Positions 56,320-64,000 of a stretch of DNA of 64,000 nt are shown here, one piece after another (positions within the stretch are counted from its first letter, which is position 1; each line of letters starts with the position of its first letter). The stretch is from an uncultured Pseudomonadales bacterium (GTDB lineage: Bacteria > Patescibacteriota > Microgenomatia > UBA1400 > MFAQ01): NCBI GenBank assembly GCA_964509695.1, contig CAZDXN010000001.1, positions 51,188 to 115,187 of the forward strand, given 5' to 3'. A program made the translations under genes and the position numbers. The notes beneath the pieces are model-generated. The model was not told where the DNA came from, searched no databases, and was given only the letters and a program-made list of their open reading frames with translations.

Positions 56320-56930
56320 AGTTGCAGATAATCTGTTAACCTATTTATTCTTGTATTTAACACCTCACTACCAAAGACGAACGCAATCTTTTCCAGTTCC
56401 GGCCGATTCAGTTTTTCCTTTAAAAGTTCTTCGTTAAATCTCAACCCCCGGATATCGTCTGTCCCCGCCACTTGGGGATTAAGATAAAGGTAGTCGACAA
56501 TTGTCTTTTCCAATGAGGCAATTTTGTAAGTTGTCCCGTCGTTGGTAATCATTTGATAACCAAAAAATAGCCGTGTATCTAGAGACTTGTAGTCAAAGGT
56601 CCCAATTTTTGTCTCTACACTCAACGTCTTGTTTGTAGTCACAGAGGTAACTCTCATTACCGCTTCGGGAATTATCCCATAGTGATTCAGGGCCAGCTCC
56701 AAAGATACGTAGGAAGGGTCGTAGAGTTTGTTTGCAATCAGGTAAAGATCATAATTTGTAGGTTTGTAGTCCGCAAACATATACTTTTTGCTACGTAGTT
56801 TAGTCACCCAAGTTTTCTTTTCCCATTCATAGAGGGTTTCGAGCCTGAACGCAGGATCCACAACATACAGGTCCTCTATCGAGAAAACCTTCAGTTTGCC
56901 TAGTTTCTGTTTGATGTCGAAGTATTTCAT
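56316..56930 (-). CDS. abiEi: AbiEi-like antitoxin, second copy
   Basis: It lies upstream of, and overlaps, abiEii. Its size and position match the first pair. Confidence 0.45.
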   Translation of the reverse strand: MKYFDIKQKLGKLKVFSIEDLYVVDPAFRLETLYEWEKKTWVTKLRSKKYMFADYKPTNYDLYLIANKLYDPSYVSLELALNHYGIIPEAVMRVTSVTTNKTLSVETKIGTFDYKSLDTRLFFGYQMITNDGTTYKIASLEKTIVDYLYLNPQVAGTDDIRGLRFNEELLKEKLNRPELEKIAFVFGSEVLNTRINRLTDYLQL

Positions 56931-56937
56931 TTCTAAA

Positions 56938-56966
56938 TACTACGCTTTACCGTAGGATTTGTCAAT
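56938..56966 (-). promoter_or_regulatory. Near-consensus sigma70-type promoter TTGACA-N17-TAGTAT (minus strand) for the second abiE operon, probably a leaderless transcript
   Basis: Its reverse complement reads ttgacaaatcctacggtaaagcgtagtat and ends 7 nt before the abiEi ATG. The spacer holds ACGGTAA, the reverse complement of the TTACCGT in the first abiE promoter. Confidence 0.5.
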
Positions 56967-57003
56967 AGAACCAGATGGGTGACTGCTCGGGATTGGTTGT
57001 GTC

Positions 57004-58413
57004 GTGTGGGATAATAAGGCGGTGAAACAGAAAATTGTTTGGCTCGCCCTATTGCCAGCTCTTATTTACTTGTCATCTTTAACCAATTTTTTCTCTGCGG
57101 ACGACTGGTTTCATTTACGGGTTTCAAATATAGACAAATTGTCCGAGTTTTTAAACTTTTTCTCTTTCGAAAAAACCGCACAGTCAATCGCCTTTTATCG
57201 ACCTCTACCCACTCAGGTGTTCTTCTTCGTCTTCCAAAAACTCTTCGGACTCAACCAGATTCCATATCATCTTTTTGTACTCATCTGTTTCGGATATTCG
57301 CTTTATTTAATCCACAAGCTCGCCCTCATCTTGCTGAACTCTGAAAAAAAAGCAGTGCTTGCAACCATGATCTATGGATTTTCGGTCAGTAATTTTACCC
57401 GGCTTTATTTTCTTTCGGCTTTCCAGGAGATCGCCCTGGTCATTTTTGCCTGTCTCTGTCTCCTGAGTCATATCAATAATCAAAAATGGCGGAGCCTGGC
57501 CTTCTTCGTCCTGGCACTTCTGTCAAAGGAAACGGCCGTCATGCTTCCAGTAATTCTGTTGTTCCTGACCTGGTATCAAAAGAAAATCGATTTCCGGAAA
57601 CTTTTGCCTTTTGTCTTAATCCTTCTGCCCTATTTATACTTAAGACTTATCCGATTCGGTGGGGCCGCCGGCGAAACATATATTTGGAACCCCTCTCTGC
57701 TCAAGGCGGGAAACACTCTGATGTGGTACTTTCTTTGGTCTCTGGGGGCGCCCGAGCTACTGATTGACTATATTGGTAGCGGCCTCCGGCCCATCCCGAG
57801 ATTCTTCACCGACTATCCAAGCTGGTGGCCGGTCATCCTCGGCCTACTTTTTGCCAATCTTGGCATCTTGTTTTATTTTTTTATTAGACGGATAAGAAAA
57901 ATCAATAGACTCTTGCTCGCCAGCGGTGTTCTCTTTGTCATCTCACTGCTCCCAGTATTATTCCTACCTCAACACAAATTTGCTCTCGAATTGGGTTTGC
58001 CTTTGATCTGGTTTTCGTTGGGAGTCGCCTCCCTTTTGCCTGAAAAAGGGAAATTCTTTCGTCTCTTCATATTTTCATATCTGGCTCTAAATCTCTCCAT
58101 GAATTACCTGACATATACTAGGCATTACTCAGTCGGAAGAGCCAAGATATCCAGAAAGATATTTGATTATGTAAACAGGAATTATCCTATAGCCCCCCAA
58201 GGATCATATTTTGAGTTTGTCAATGATACTGTAGACTACGGCCCCAGTTGGGGATCGAGTAAGCAAATAGCCAATAGCACCGGCAGGTCTGAGCTCTTCC
58301 GGGTTTTGTATCGAGACCCCGGTTATTCAGTCTATTTCGAGGACTTTCCGGGGGAACGTCCCGTAAACGAGAAAAAAATTCCATTAAGCACTAAAATGTT
58401 TGTCAGTGAATAA
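57004..58413 (+). CDS. Polytopic membrane protein, GT-C-like
   Basis: At least 11 TM helices. The N-terminal FFSADDWFHL loop motif is similar to FVSDDLPGIL of the 363..2027 protein. Confidence 0.45.
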   Translation: MWDNKAVKQKIVWLALLPALIYLSSLTNFFSADDWFHLRVSNIDKLSEFLNFFSFEKTAQSIAFYRPLPTQVFFFVFQKLFGLNQIPYHLFVLICFGYSLYLIHKLALILLNSEKKAVLATMIYGFSVSNFTRLYFLSAFQEIALVIFACLCLLSHINNQKWRSLAFFVLALLSKETAVMLPVILLFLTWYQKKIDFRKLLPFVLILLPYLYLRLIRFGGAAGETYIWNPSLLKAGNTLMWYFLWSLGAPELLIDYIGSGLRPIPRFFTDYPSWWPVILGLLFANLGILFYFFIRRIRKINRLLLASGVLFVISLLPVLFLPQHKFALELGLPLIWFSLGVASLLPEKGKFFRLFIFSYLALNLSMNYLTYTRHYSVGRAKISRKIFDYVNRNYPIAPQGSYFEFVNDTVDYGPSWGSSKQIANSTGRSELFRVLYRDPGYSVYFEDFPGERPVNEKKIPLSTKMFVSE

Positions 58414-60034
58414 AAAAATTATCTTTTTGATCTTGGCCTTAATCTCCTCGGTCTCTCTACTCCTACGGCTGTACCACATTGACCTCCTGCCTCTTTACGC
58501 CGACGAAGTTGGCGGGCACTATCAATTTCTTGGGCAGCTTATCAAAACCGGCAATCCTTACTTCGGTTTCATTTCTTACACCTGGCTTTTTAGCCTCACC
58601 CATCTGGGGGCAAGGTTCGGGGTTGCCCTCTATAGCTCGCTCTTCGTCTTCGCCATTTACCTCCTGACCAAGGCAATCAGCGGCAAAAATAATGTCTCAC
58701 TCTTGGCCGCTGGCCTTACCGCGATCGTCCCCTGGAGTTTCATGATCGGCCGGATCGGCCATTCATTTGTGCCCGTCTTCGTTCTGACCGTAATTCTTCA
58801 CCTTTATTTCTTTCTTCGCTCCTCAACGATCAAAGATTATCTGATCAGCCTGTTCTTCTTGGGCTGGGGTTTATTTTTGTATCCCTCAATGGCGGTGATC
58901 GCTCCTTTCGCGGCGCTATTAGTTTCGGTCTATCTTTTCAGGCTGCTGCCCCAAAGGCGGCGTTTGCCGATCCTAGCAGTGGCCGCGCTGGTTATCACTG
59001 TTTGTGGAATGGTGGTAAATAACCGCTTTAATATTTTTAGTCTCAGTGGGCGAGCCTTGGACTTGGCCATTTGGCGGGATGTCAACACGCCCTGGGAAAT
59101 AGATAAGTACCGTGCTTTAAGCTGGAACTCTACTCCTTCAATTTTCTCCTTCGGTCTGCCTCCAGAACAATTAGCCAACAAACTTGTCTACAACCGTGCC
59201 ATGGCCAACATCTCGACCTTTACCCGAAATTATCTCTCCTTCTTTTCTCCGGACTGGTTATTCCTGAAAGGCGATCCGGTTCTCCGCCACTCTACCGGTC
59301 AAGTCGGCGCCTTCTATCCATTCCTTCTACCATTCATGCTTTACGGAGCCCTTAAGTTTTTCCAAACAGAAGATAAGAAGAGACGGCTCACCTTTCTGCT
59401 TTGGATTCTGATTTCTCCGATTCCGGCGGCAATTACCAAAGACGGTGCCGGTTATTTGCTCCGCGTCGTCACTATGCTCCCATTTCTTACCTATTTTTGT
59501 GCTCTCGGTCTTGCCGACTCATTTAATCTAATTCACAAACGACTTAAGCCTTATTACTTTATTTTCTTGTCACTCATATTCATCTACTCCGCCTATTATT
59601 TCTTCTACGGCTACTTCCACGTCTATCCGGCTCTTTCCGCCCGAGCCTATGAATATGGTTTCAGAGAGCTATCCGATTTCCAGGTCAGCCATCAGAACAA
59701 AACTATGCTTGTTATCTGGGACGGTTACTACCACAACAACGATTTCCGCTTCTGGCAAAAAACACCTTTTGATCGATACGAATCCTTTAAGATAAAACAG
59801 ATCGTCATCGGGGAATCTACCTTCTGGCAAACATTCCCAAATCTCTATTTTTCATCCCCCAAGTCTGCAAAAGAGGTTGGAGATTTCATCAAACAATACA
59901 AGCCATCATTTGTTGTTCTTCCCGATCGATATTTTGTAAAGTATCCGGTTGAGATCGAAAACTTGCTTGACCCAGCCGAGCAGATCAAATACCCCGACCA
60001 AACCACCGCCCTTACAATCTACACGGTCAGGTAA
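58400..60034 (+). CDS. GT-C glycosyltransferase, ArnT/PMT-like (GT39/GT83-type)
   Basis: Multi-TM N-terminus with a YADEVGG first-loop DE motif and a C-terminal soluble domain. Confidence 0.55.
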   Translation: MSVNKKIIFLILALISSVSLLLRLYHIDLLPLYADEVGGHYQFLGQLIKTGNPYFGFISYTWLFSLTHLGARFGVALYSSLFVFAIYLLTKAISGKNNVSLLAAGLTAIVPWSFMIGRIGHSFVPVFVLTVILHLYFFLRSSTIKDYLISLFFLGWGLFLYPSMAVIAPFAALLVSVYLFRLLPQRRRLPILAVAALVITVCGMVVNNRFNIFSLSGRALDLAIWRDVNTPWEIDKYRALSWNSTPSIFSFGLPPEQLANKLVYNRAMANISTFTRNYLSFFSPDWLFLKGDPVLRHSTGQVGAFYPFLLPFMLYGALKFFQTEDKKRRLTFLLWILISPIPAAITKDGAGYLLRVVTMLPFLTYFCALGLADSFNLIHKRLKPYYFIFLSLIFIYSAYYFFYGYFHVYPALSARAYEYGFRELSDFQVSHQNKTMLVIWDGYYHNNDFRFWQKTPFDRYESFKIKQIVIGESTFWQTFPNLYFSSPKSAKEVGDFIKQYKPSFVVLPDRYFVKYPVEIENLLDPAEQIKYPDQTTALTIYTVR

Positions 60035-60041
60035 TCTGCCT

Positions 60042-60071
60042 TTGACATTCGGGTAATCTTCGTAATATAGT
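60042..60071 (+). promoter_or_regulatory. Candidate promoter TTGACA-N18-TATAGT upstream of the higB-like gene
   Basis: tttgacattcgggtaatcttcgtaatatagt. It lies 32 nt upstream of the 60103 ATG. Confidence 0.35.
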
Positions 60072-60102
60072 GAAGTTTAGATAAACAGTTAATAAAGTAG
60101 AT

Positions 60103-60411
60103 ATGTACACCATTATTGTCGAGAAAAAGGTGGAGCGATTTATTAAAAGTCTGCAGAAAAGTGCCCAGGGTAAGGTCGTGCGTCTTAAAAAATTAATGGT
60201 CGAATATGGAGGTGATTTGGGGATGCCTCATTCAAAAATATTATCCAGAAGGCTTTATGAACTAAGGGTCCGCGGAAAACAGGAAATCAGAATCTTCTAT
60301 ACATCGGTAGACCACCGAGTCATCTTGTTTCACGGGTTTATCAAGAAGACGTATCGAACCCTCAAAAAGGAGTTGGAACTCGCTCACAAAATTCTTAAAG
60401 CAATAGTATAA
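60103..60411 (+). CDS. RelE/HigB-like (Gp49 family) toxin
   Basis: About 100 aa. It lies upstream of an HTH antitoxin in HigBA gene order. The ...RVILFHGFIKKT motif is typical of Gp49/HigB-like proteins. Confidence 0.55.
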   Translation: MYTIIVEKKVERFIKSLQKSAQGKVVRLKKLMVEYGGDLGMPHSKILSRRLYELRVRGKQEIRIFYTSVDHRVILFHGFIKKTYRTLKKELELAHKILKAIV

Positions 60412-60424
60412 CACATATGATATA

Positions 60425-60721
60425 ATGACCCCCATGAGAAAACTTAAGTTCAGAAACTTCGATGAGTTGGAAAAGGAACTTTTGGCAGATCCCGAAGTCA
60501 AGAGGCTTTACGATGAAATGGAGTCTGAATATCAAGTAATTTCCGCCGTTATTGGGAAGAGGTTGGAAAAAAAGATGAGTCAAAAAGACCTGGCGGATCG
60601 TATTGGTACCAAACAATCGGCCATTTCCCGTCTCGAGTCTGGTAATTCCAACCCCTCGATTCAATTTCTTGATAAGGTCGCCAAGGCCCTTGATGGCCAA
60701 CTCCAGATAAAAATTATTTAA
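60425..60721 (+). CDS. HTH XRE-family antitoxin (HigA-like)
   Basis: MSQKDLADRIGTKQSAISRLESG helix-turn-helix motif. Confidence 0.7.
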   Translation: MTPMRKLKFRNFDELEKELLADPEVKRLYDEMESEYQVISAVIGKRLEKKMSQKDLADRIGTKQSAISRLESGNSNPSIQFLDKVAKALDGQLQIKII

Positions 60722-60722
60722 A

Positions 60723-61742
60723 ATGACAAGAAAGAATAAAGTCGCTTTTATTACCGGAATCACCGGCCAAGATGGTTCTTATCTAGCCGAATTTTTGTTG
60801 GACAAGAATTACACGGTCTACGGTTTACTTCGTCGAAAAAGTAAACCCGATTACGGCAACGTTTCCCATATCCGCAATCAGATAAACTTCATTTTTGGTG
60901 ACCTGGCTGATCCTGCATGTCTTTCAATGTATCTGGCCAAAATTATGCCCGATGAAATCTATAATCTCGGCGCCCAGTCTCACGTCCACGAATCGTGGCT
61001 GCAACCGTTGGCGACTGCCGATCAGACCGGACTTGGGGCCTTACGCATTTTCGAATCCGTCAGAAATGTCTGCCCGAAGACCCGCGTCTACCAAGCCAGT
61101 ACCAGCGAACTTTTTGGTGAAACCAAGATCTCCCCCCAAGATGAGAACACCCCCATTTCTCCAGCCAATCCTTATGCCGCAGCCAAGGCCCTCGCCCATT
61201 TTGACGCCCGAATCTACCGAAAATCATTCAATTTATTTATTTCAACCGGAATTCTCTTTAACCACGAAAGTCCCAGAAGAAGTCCAGATTTTGTGACGAG
61301 AAAAGTCAGTCTGGCCGTCGCCTCGATTAAATTGGGACTAAAAAGTCACCAAATCCCTTTGGGGCAGGGAGGGGAGCCGGTGGTGAATTCGGCCGGAAAA
61401 CTCGAGCTGGGGAACCTGGACTCGGTTCGGGACTGGGGTTTTGCCGGCGATTACGTCGAGTCAATGTGGAAAATCCTGCAGTACAAAAACCCTGACGATT
61501 TTGTCATTGCCACCGGCAAGGGTCACACCATCAAGGACTTATGTCAGGTCGCCTTCAACTACGTAGGTCTCGATTGGAAAGATTATGTCGTCAGCAATCC
61601 AAAGTGGGTCAGGCCAACAGAGACCGGACCCTTGATCGGAAATGCCGGCAAAGCCAAAAAACTACTCAACTGGAAGCCAAAAACAAGTTTCAAGCAATTG
61701 ATCGAAATGATGGTCGAGTCCGACCTTTCTCTTTTACGCTAA
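60723..61742 (+). CDS. gmd: GDP-mannose 4,6-dehydratase
   Basis: The N-terminus KVAFITGITGQDGSYLAEFLLDKNYTVYGLLRRKS is near-identical to the canonical Gmd N-terminus. It also has the catalytic YAAAK motif. Confidence 0.9.
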   Translation: MTRKNKVAFITGITGQDGSYLAEFLLDKNYTVYGLLRRKSKPDYGNVSHIRNQINFIFGDLADPACLSMYLAKIMPDEIYNLGAQSHVHESWLQPLATADQTGLGALRIFESVRNVCPKTRVYQASTSELFGETKISPQDENTPISPANPYAAAKALAHFDARIYRKSFNLFISTGILFNHESPRRSPDFVTRKVSLAVASIKLGLKSHQIPLGQGGEPVVNSAGKLELGNLDSVRDWGFAGDYVESMWKILQYKNPDDFVIATGKGHTIKDLCQVAFNYVGLDWKDYVVSNPKWVRPTETGPLIGNAGKAKKLLNWKPKTSFKQLIEMMVESDLSLLR

Positions 61743-61816
61743 ACTCTTTTGGTTACAGTTTACACTTAACTATAAACTATGAATTAGGATATTATTGATT
61801 GTCGTATAATACACTC

Positions 61817-62077
61817 ATGGTAAACAAAAAAGGAAATATAAAAAGAAAGAAAATTCTCCAGTATTATGCCGTCTTTCAAGAGGAAGATGACGGTGGTTTT
61901 TCTGTTTGGGTGCCATCACTACCAGGTTGTTGTTCCCAAGGGGACACTCTGGAGGGGGCTACAAACAACATTCGTGAGGCAATCGAACTTTATCTAGAAG
62001 AAACTCCTAACAAAAAGTATCCCAGTGAAGTTCGCCAGAAACAGTTTCTTGTCCCCATCAGGGTATCTTATGCCTAA
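61817..62077 (+). CDS. hicB: HicB-family antitoxin
   Basis: YYAVFQEEDDGGFSVWVPSLPGCCSQGDTLEGA is the HicB N-terminal signature. The start was set at the internal ATG. Confidence 0.7.
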   Translation: MVNKKGNIKRKKILQYYAVFQEEDDGGFSVWVPSLPGCCSQGDTLEGATNNIREAIELYLEETPNKKYPSEVRQKQFLVPIRVSYA

Positions 62078-62300
62078 ATTGCCTCAAATCTCCGCAAATC
62101 AACTTCTTCGAGCACTTCAGAAGATTGGTTTCAGGACAGTCTCACAAAAGGGGAGCCATATTAAATTACACAGAACAATTAACAAGCGCATTCAGACGAT
62201 AATTGTTCCCAACCACAAATCAATCCGCAAGGGAACGCTCAAGAATGGAATTCTTAACCAGATTCCTATTTCGGTCAATGAGTTTCTCAAGCTTCTCTAG
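62070..62300 (+). CDS. hicA: HicA-family mRNA interferase toxin
   Basis: MPKLPQISANQLLRALQKIGFRTVSQKGSHIKL is the HicA/YcfA signature. It overlaps the hicB stop (ATGCCTAA). Confidence 0.7.
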   Translation: MPKLPQISANQLLRALQKIGFRTVSQKGSHIKLHRTINKRIQTIIVPNHKSIRKGTLKNGILNQIPISVNEFLKLL

Positions 62301-62326
62301 ATCCGAATTTTCGATAGAATAGAACT

Positions 62327-63565
62327 GTGGACAAAGCCAAACGATTATTAATATCCCAAACCACCAGAGATACTCTCATTAGTTTCACGGGCTTAGTCAC
62401 GATCGCCGTTGCCGGTATGATTTTTACCGTCATCACCGCTCGGGCCTTGGACCCCGCCTTGTTTGGCGTCTTTTCTGCTCTCAACGCCCTCGTCGGCCTC
62501 CTCTCCAGTCTGGGGGACCTCGGCATCTCCTCGGCCCTAGTTAATTTCATTCCCAAGTTCCCCAACCGCCGCAATATTCTTATCTCAGTTACCTTCTGGT
62601 TTCAAATTACCGTCACCTCGGTTCTGACGTTACTTCTGATTTCCGCCGGGCTGGTACACAACCTCATTGTGCCCGGATCCGAAACAGGCCACTTTGTCAT
62701 TATAGGATTTCTTACCGGTTTCTATATTCTTCAGGGGTTTGCTCTAGGAATATTTAACGCCGAAAAGAAGTTTTTCCAAGCCTCATTTATTCAGGGATTT
62801 GATTCTGTTTTGAAGTTGACTATCACCGCCGCCATCTTTTTTGGCGGTCATCTCAACATCGAACTGGCTCTCCTCGCCAACCTGATCTCCTGCGCCCTGT
62901 CTTTGGTCTATGGTTTTTACGGTGAGTTTCGAAACATCCGACCCATATTTCCGAGAGAACAAATGGCCGAAATCTTCCGGTTCTCCAAATGGATCGCTCT
63001 CTCACGCACTTTTAGCGTCATGATCTCCCGGGTTGATATTCTGCTTCTCAACTTGCTCGCCGGAGGCTTTCAGGCCGGCATTTTCTCTGCCGCCAGCCGG
63101 ATCAGCCTTCTTTTTGTCCTCCTTGTCAGCAGCATCGGTTCTGTCACCGCCCCCCGGTTTTCCTCGTTCATCAATAAGAGCGACATAAAGAAATACCTAG
63201 GCAAAGTCGCAATTCTTGTCGGTGGAGTTAGTCTCTTGATGATCATCACCATTATCTTTGCCGATCCGATTGTCAAACTAGTCTTTGGCTCAAAATATAT
63301 CCAATCAATTTCCATTTTCCAGGCTCTAACCTTGGCTATGATCCCCTTCCTTCTTGGGGTAATAACCACCACTCCGCTTATCTATTCCCTAAACCAGCCA
63401 AAGTTTACTTCCCGCATCACCATCCTCCAAGTCTTGATAATTATTGGTCTTGATCTGGTTTTGATACCCCGATTCCAAGCGCTTGGACCCGTCATCTCTT
63501 TGGGTATTGCCAACACAATCACCCTGATCCTCTCCGGCTGGAAGCTATACTCACTCCTGAAATGA
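62327..63565 (+). CDS. Wzx-like polysaccharide flippase (MOP superfamily)
   Basis: About 12 TM helices. The N-terminal region ...ARALDPALFGVFSALNALVGLLSSLGDLGISSALV is typical of polysaccharide biosynthesis/flippase proteins. Confidence 0.6.
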   Translation: MDKAKRLLISQTTRDTLISFTGLVTIAVAGMIFTVITARALDPALFGVFSALNALVGLLSSLGDLGISSALVNFIPKFPNRRNILISVTFWFQITVTSVLTLLLISAGLVHNLIVPGSETGHFVIIGFLTGFYILQGFALGIFNAEKKFFQASFIQGFDSVLKLTITAAIFFGGHLNIELALLANLISCALSLVYGFYGEFRNIRPIFPREQMAEIFRFSKWIALSRTFSVMISRVDILLLNLLAGGFQAGIFSAASRISLLFVLLVSSIGSVTAPRFSSFINKSDIKKYLGKVAILVGGVSLLMIITIIFADPIVKLVFGSKYIQSISIFQALTLAMIPFLLGVITTTPLIYSLNQPKFTSRITILQVLIIIGLDLVLIPRFQALGPVISLGIANTITLILSGWKLYSLLK

Positions 63566-64000
63566 AAAAAGATCGAATAGTTGTCCATTGTCTCCTTGCC
63601 AACGACGAACGCTTTGTCTGGTATGCCATCAACTCCGTTCTCCCTTTTGTCGATAGAATAATGATTTGGGACACGGGCTCGACCGATAGAACCGTTGCCA
63701 TCATCAAATCAATCAGGTCCAAAAAAATCGAATTCGTTGAAAAGGGACGAGTAGATGCTGAAATGCATACCAAGATGCGCGATCAAATGCTCCAAGAAAC
63801 CAATAAGACGAAATACGACTGGCTTCTGATTCTCGATGGCGACGAAATCTGGCCGGAGACAATGTTCCAAAAAATGCTAACCGAAGCAGAAAAAAAGAAA
63901 CCAATTGCCGTGGTCGTAAAGACAGTCAACTTTGTCGGAGATATTTACCACCGGACCCCAGAGTCTGCCGGCCGTTACCGTTTCGGCGACAAGATCGGCC
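63562..64000 (+). CDS. GT2-like glycosyltransferase, N-terminal fragment (3' end lies outside the window)
   Basis: The frame is open from the ATG at 63562 (ATGA overlap) to the window end. It has WDTGSTDRT and LILDGDEIW (DxD) motifs. Confidence 0.5.
   Translation, partial: MKKDRIVVHCLLANDERFVWYAINSVLPFVDRIMIWDTGSTDRTVAIIKSIRSKKIEFVEKGRVDAEMHTKMRDQMLQETNKTKYDWLLILDGDEIWPETMFQKMLTEAEKKKPIAVVVKTVNFVGDIYHRTPESAGRYRFGDKIG

Noticed and set aside
62287-62574. 95-aa ORF antisense to the flippase gene start
   Set aside because: It overlaps the 412-aa Wzx-like gene on the opposite strand. Its Arg/Ala-rich composition is typical of an antisense artefact.
1-64000. CRISPR array, rRNA or tRNA genes
   Set aside because: I saw no series of regularly spaced identical repeats. 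The few non-coding gaps (13786..13880, 15048..15217, 16699..16833, 54281..54598, 60035..60102, 61743..61816) are AT-rich promoter-like regions or repeats. None has tRNA-like or rRNA-like conserved segments that I could recognise by eye.

Overview
The window is 64 kb of almost entirely coding, low-GC (about 40%) bacterial DNA. TGA is used as a stop codon, so the standard code applies. Genes are tightly packed, with many ATGA start/stop overlaps and weak Shine-Dalgarno signals. That pattern suggests a CPR/Patescibacteria-like or similarly small-genome organism, but this is inference only. Nearly the whole window is one very large cell-envelope glycan biosynthesis and modification locus. It holds about 11 GT2 glycosyltransferases, including two GT2-methyltransferase fusions, a GtrB/ArnC-like polyprenyl-phosphate sugar transferase and two GT2 paralogs with membrane-anchored tails. 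It also holds 2 GT4 enzymes, about 8 large polytopic GT-C-like membrane proteins and 6 paralogous B12-binding radical SAM enzymes. The membrane proteins include two YfhO-like paralogs, a TPR-containing TMTC-like protein and an ArnT/PMT-like protein. The radical SAM enzymes are interleaved with about 10 small class I SAM methyltransferases. Other members are a SPASM radical SAM, an AsnB-type amidotransferase, GDP-mannose 4,6-dehydratase and an NAD-dependent epimerase. There is also a GHMP sugar kinase, an SDR reductase, a split transketolase, a hexapeptide acetyltransferase, a Wzx-like flippase, a small ferredoxin and an FNR-like reductase. A previously unrecognised conserved domain of about 110 aa occurs three times, once fused to a GT-C protein and twice as a small membrane-anchored protein. 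Each copy lies immediately downstream of a methyltransferase or a YfhO-like gene. Accessory modules are embedded in the locus: two AbiEi/AbiEii pairs with near-consensus promoters that share a spacer motif, a DUF4143 AAA ATPase, a HigB/HigA-like pair and a HicB/HicA pair. One accessory segment (ATPase plus AbiE) is flanked by three copies of a roughly 65 bp direct repeat that duplicates the promoter and 5' end of the FNR-like gene. That arrangement points to cassette insertion. Short GC-rich palindromic elements are inserted in-frame into two protein-coding genes. I did not recognise any rRNA, tRNA or CRISPR array.
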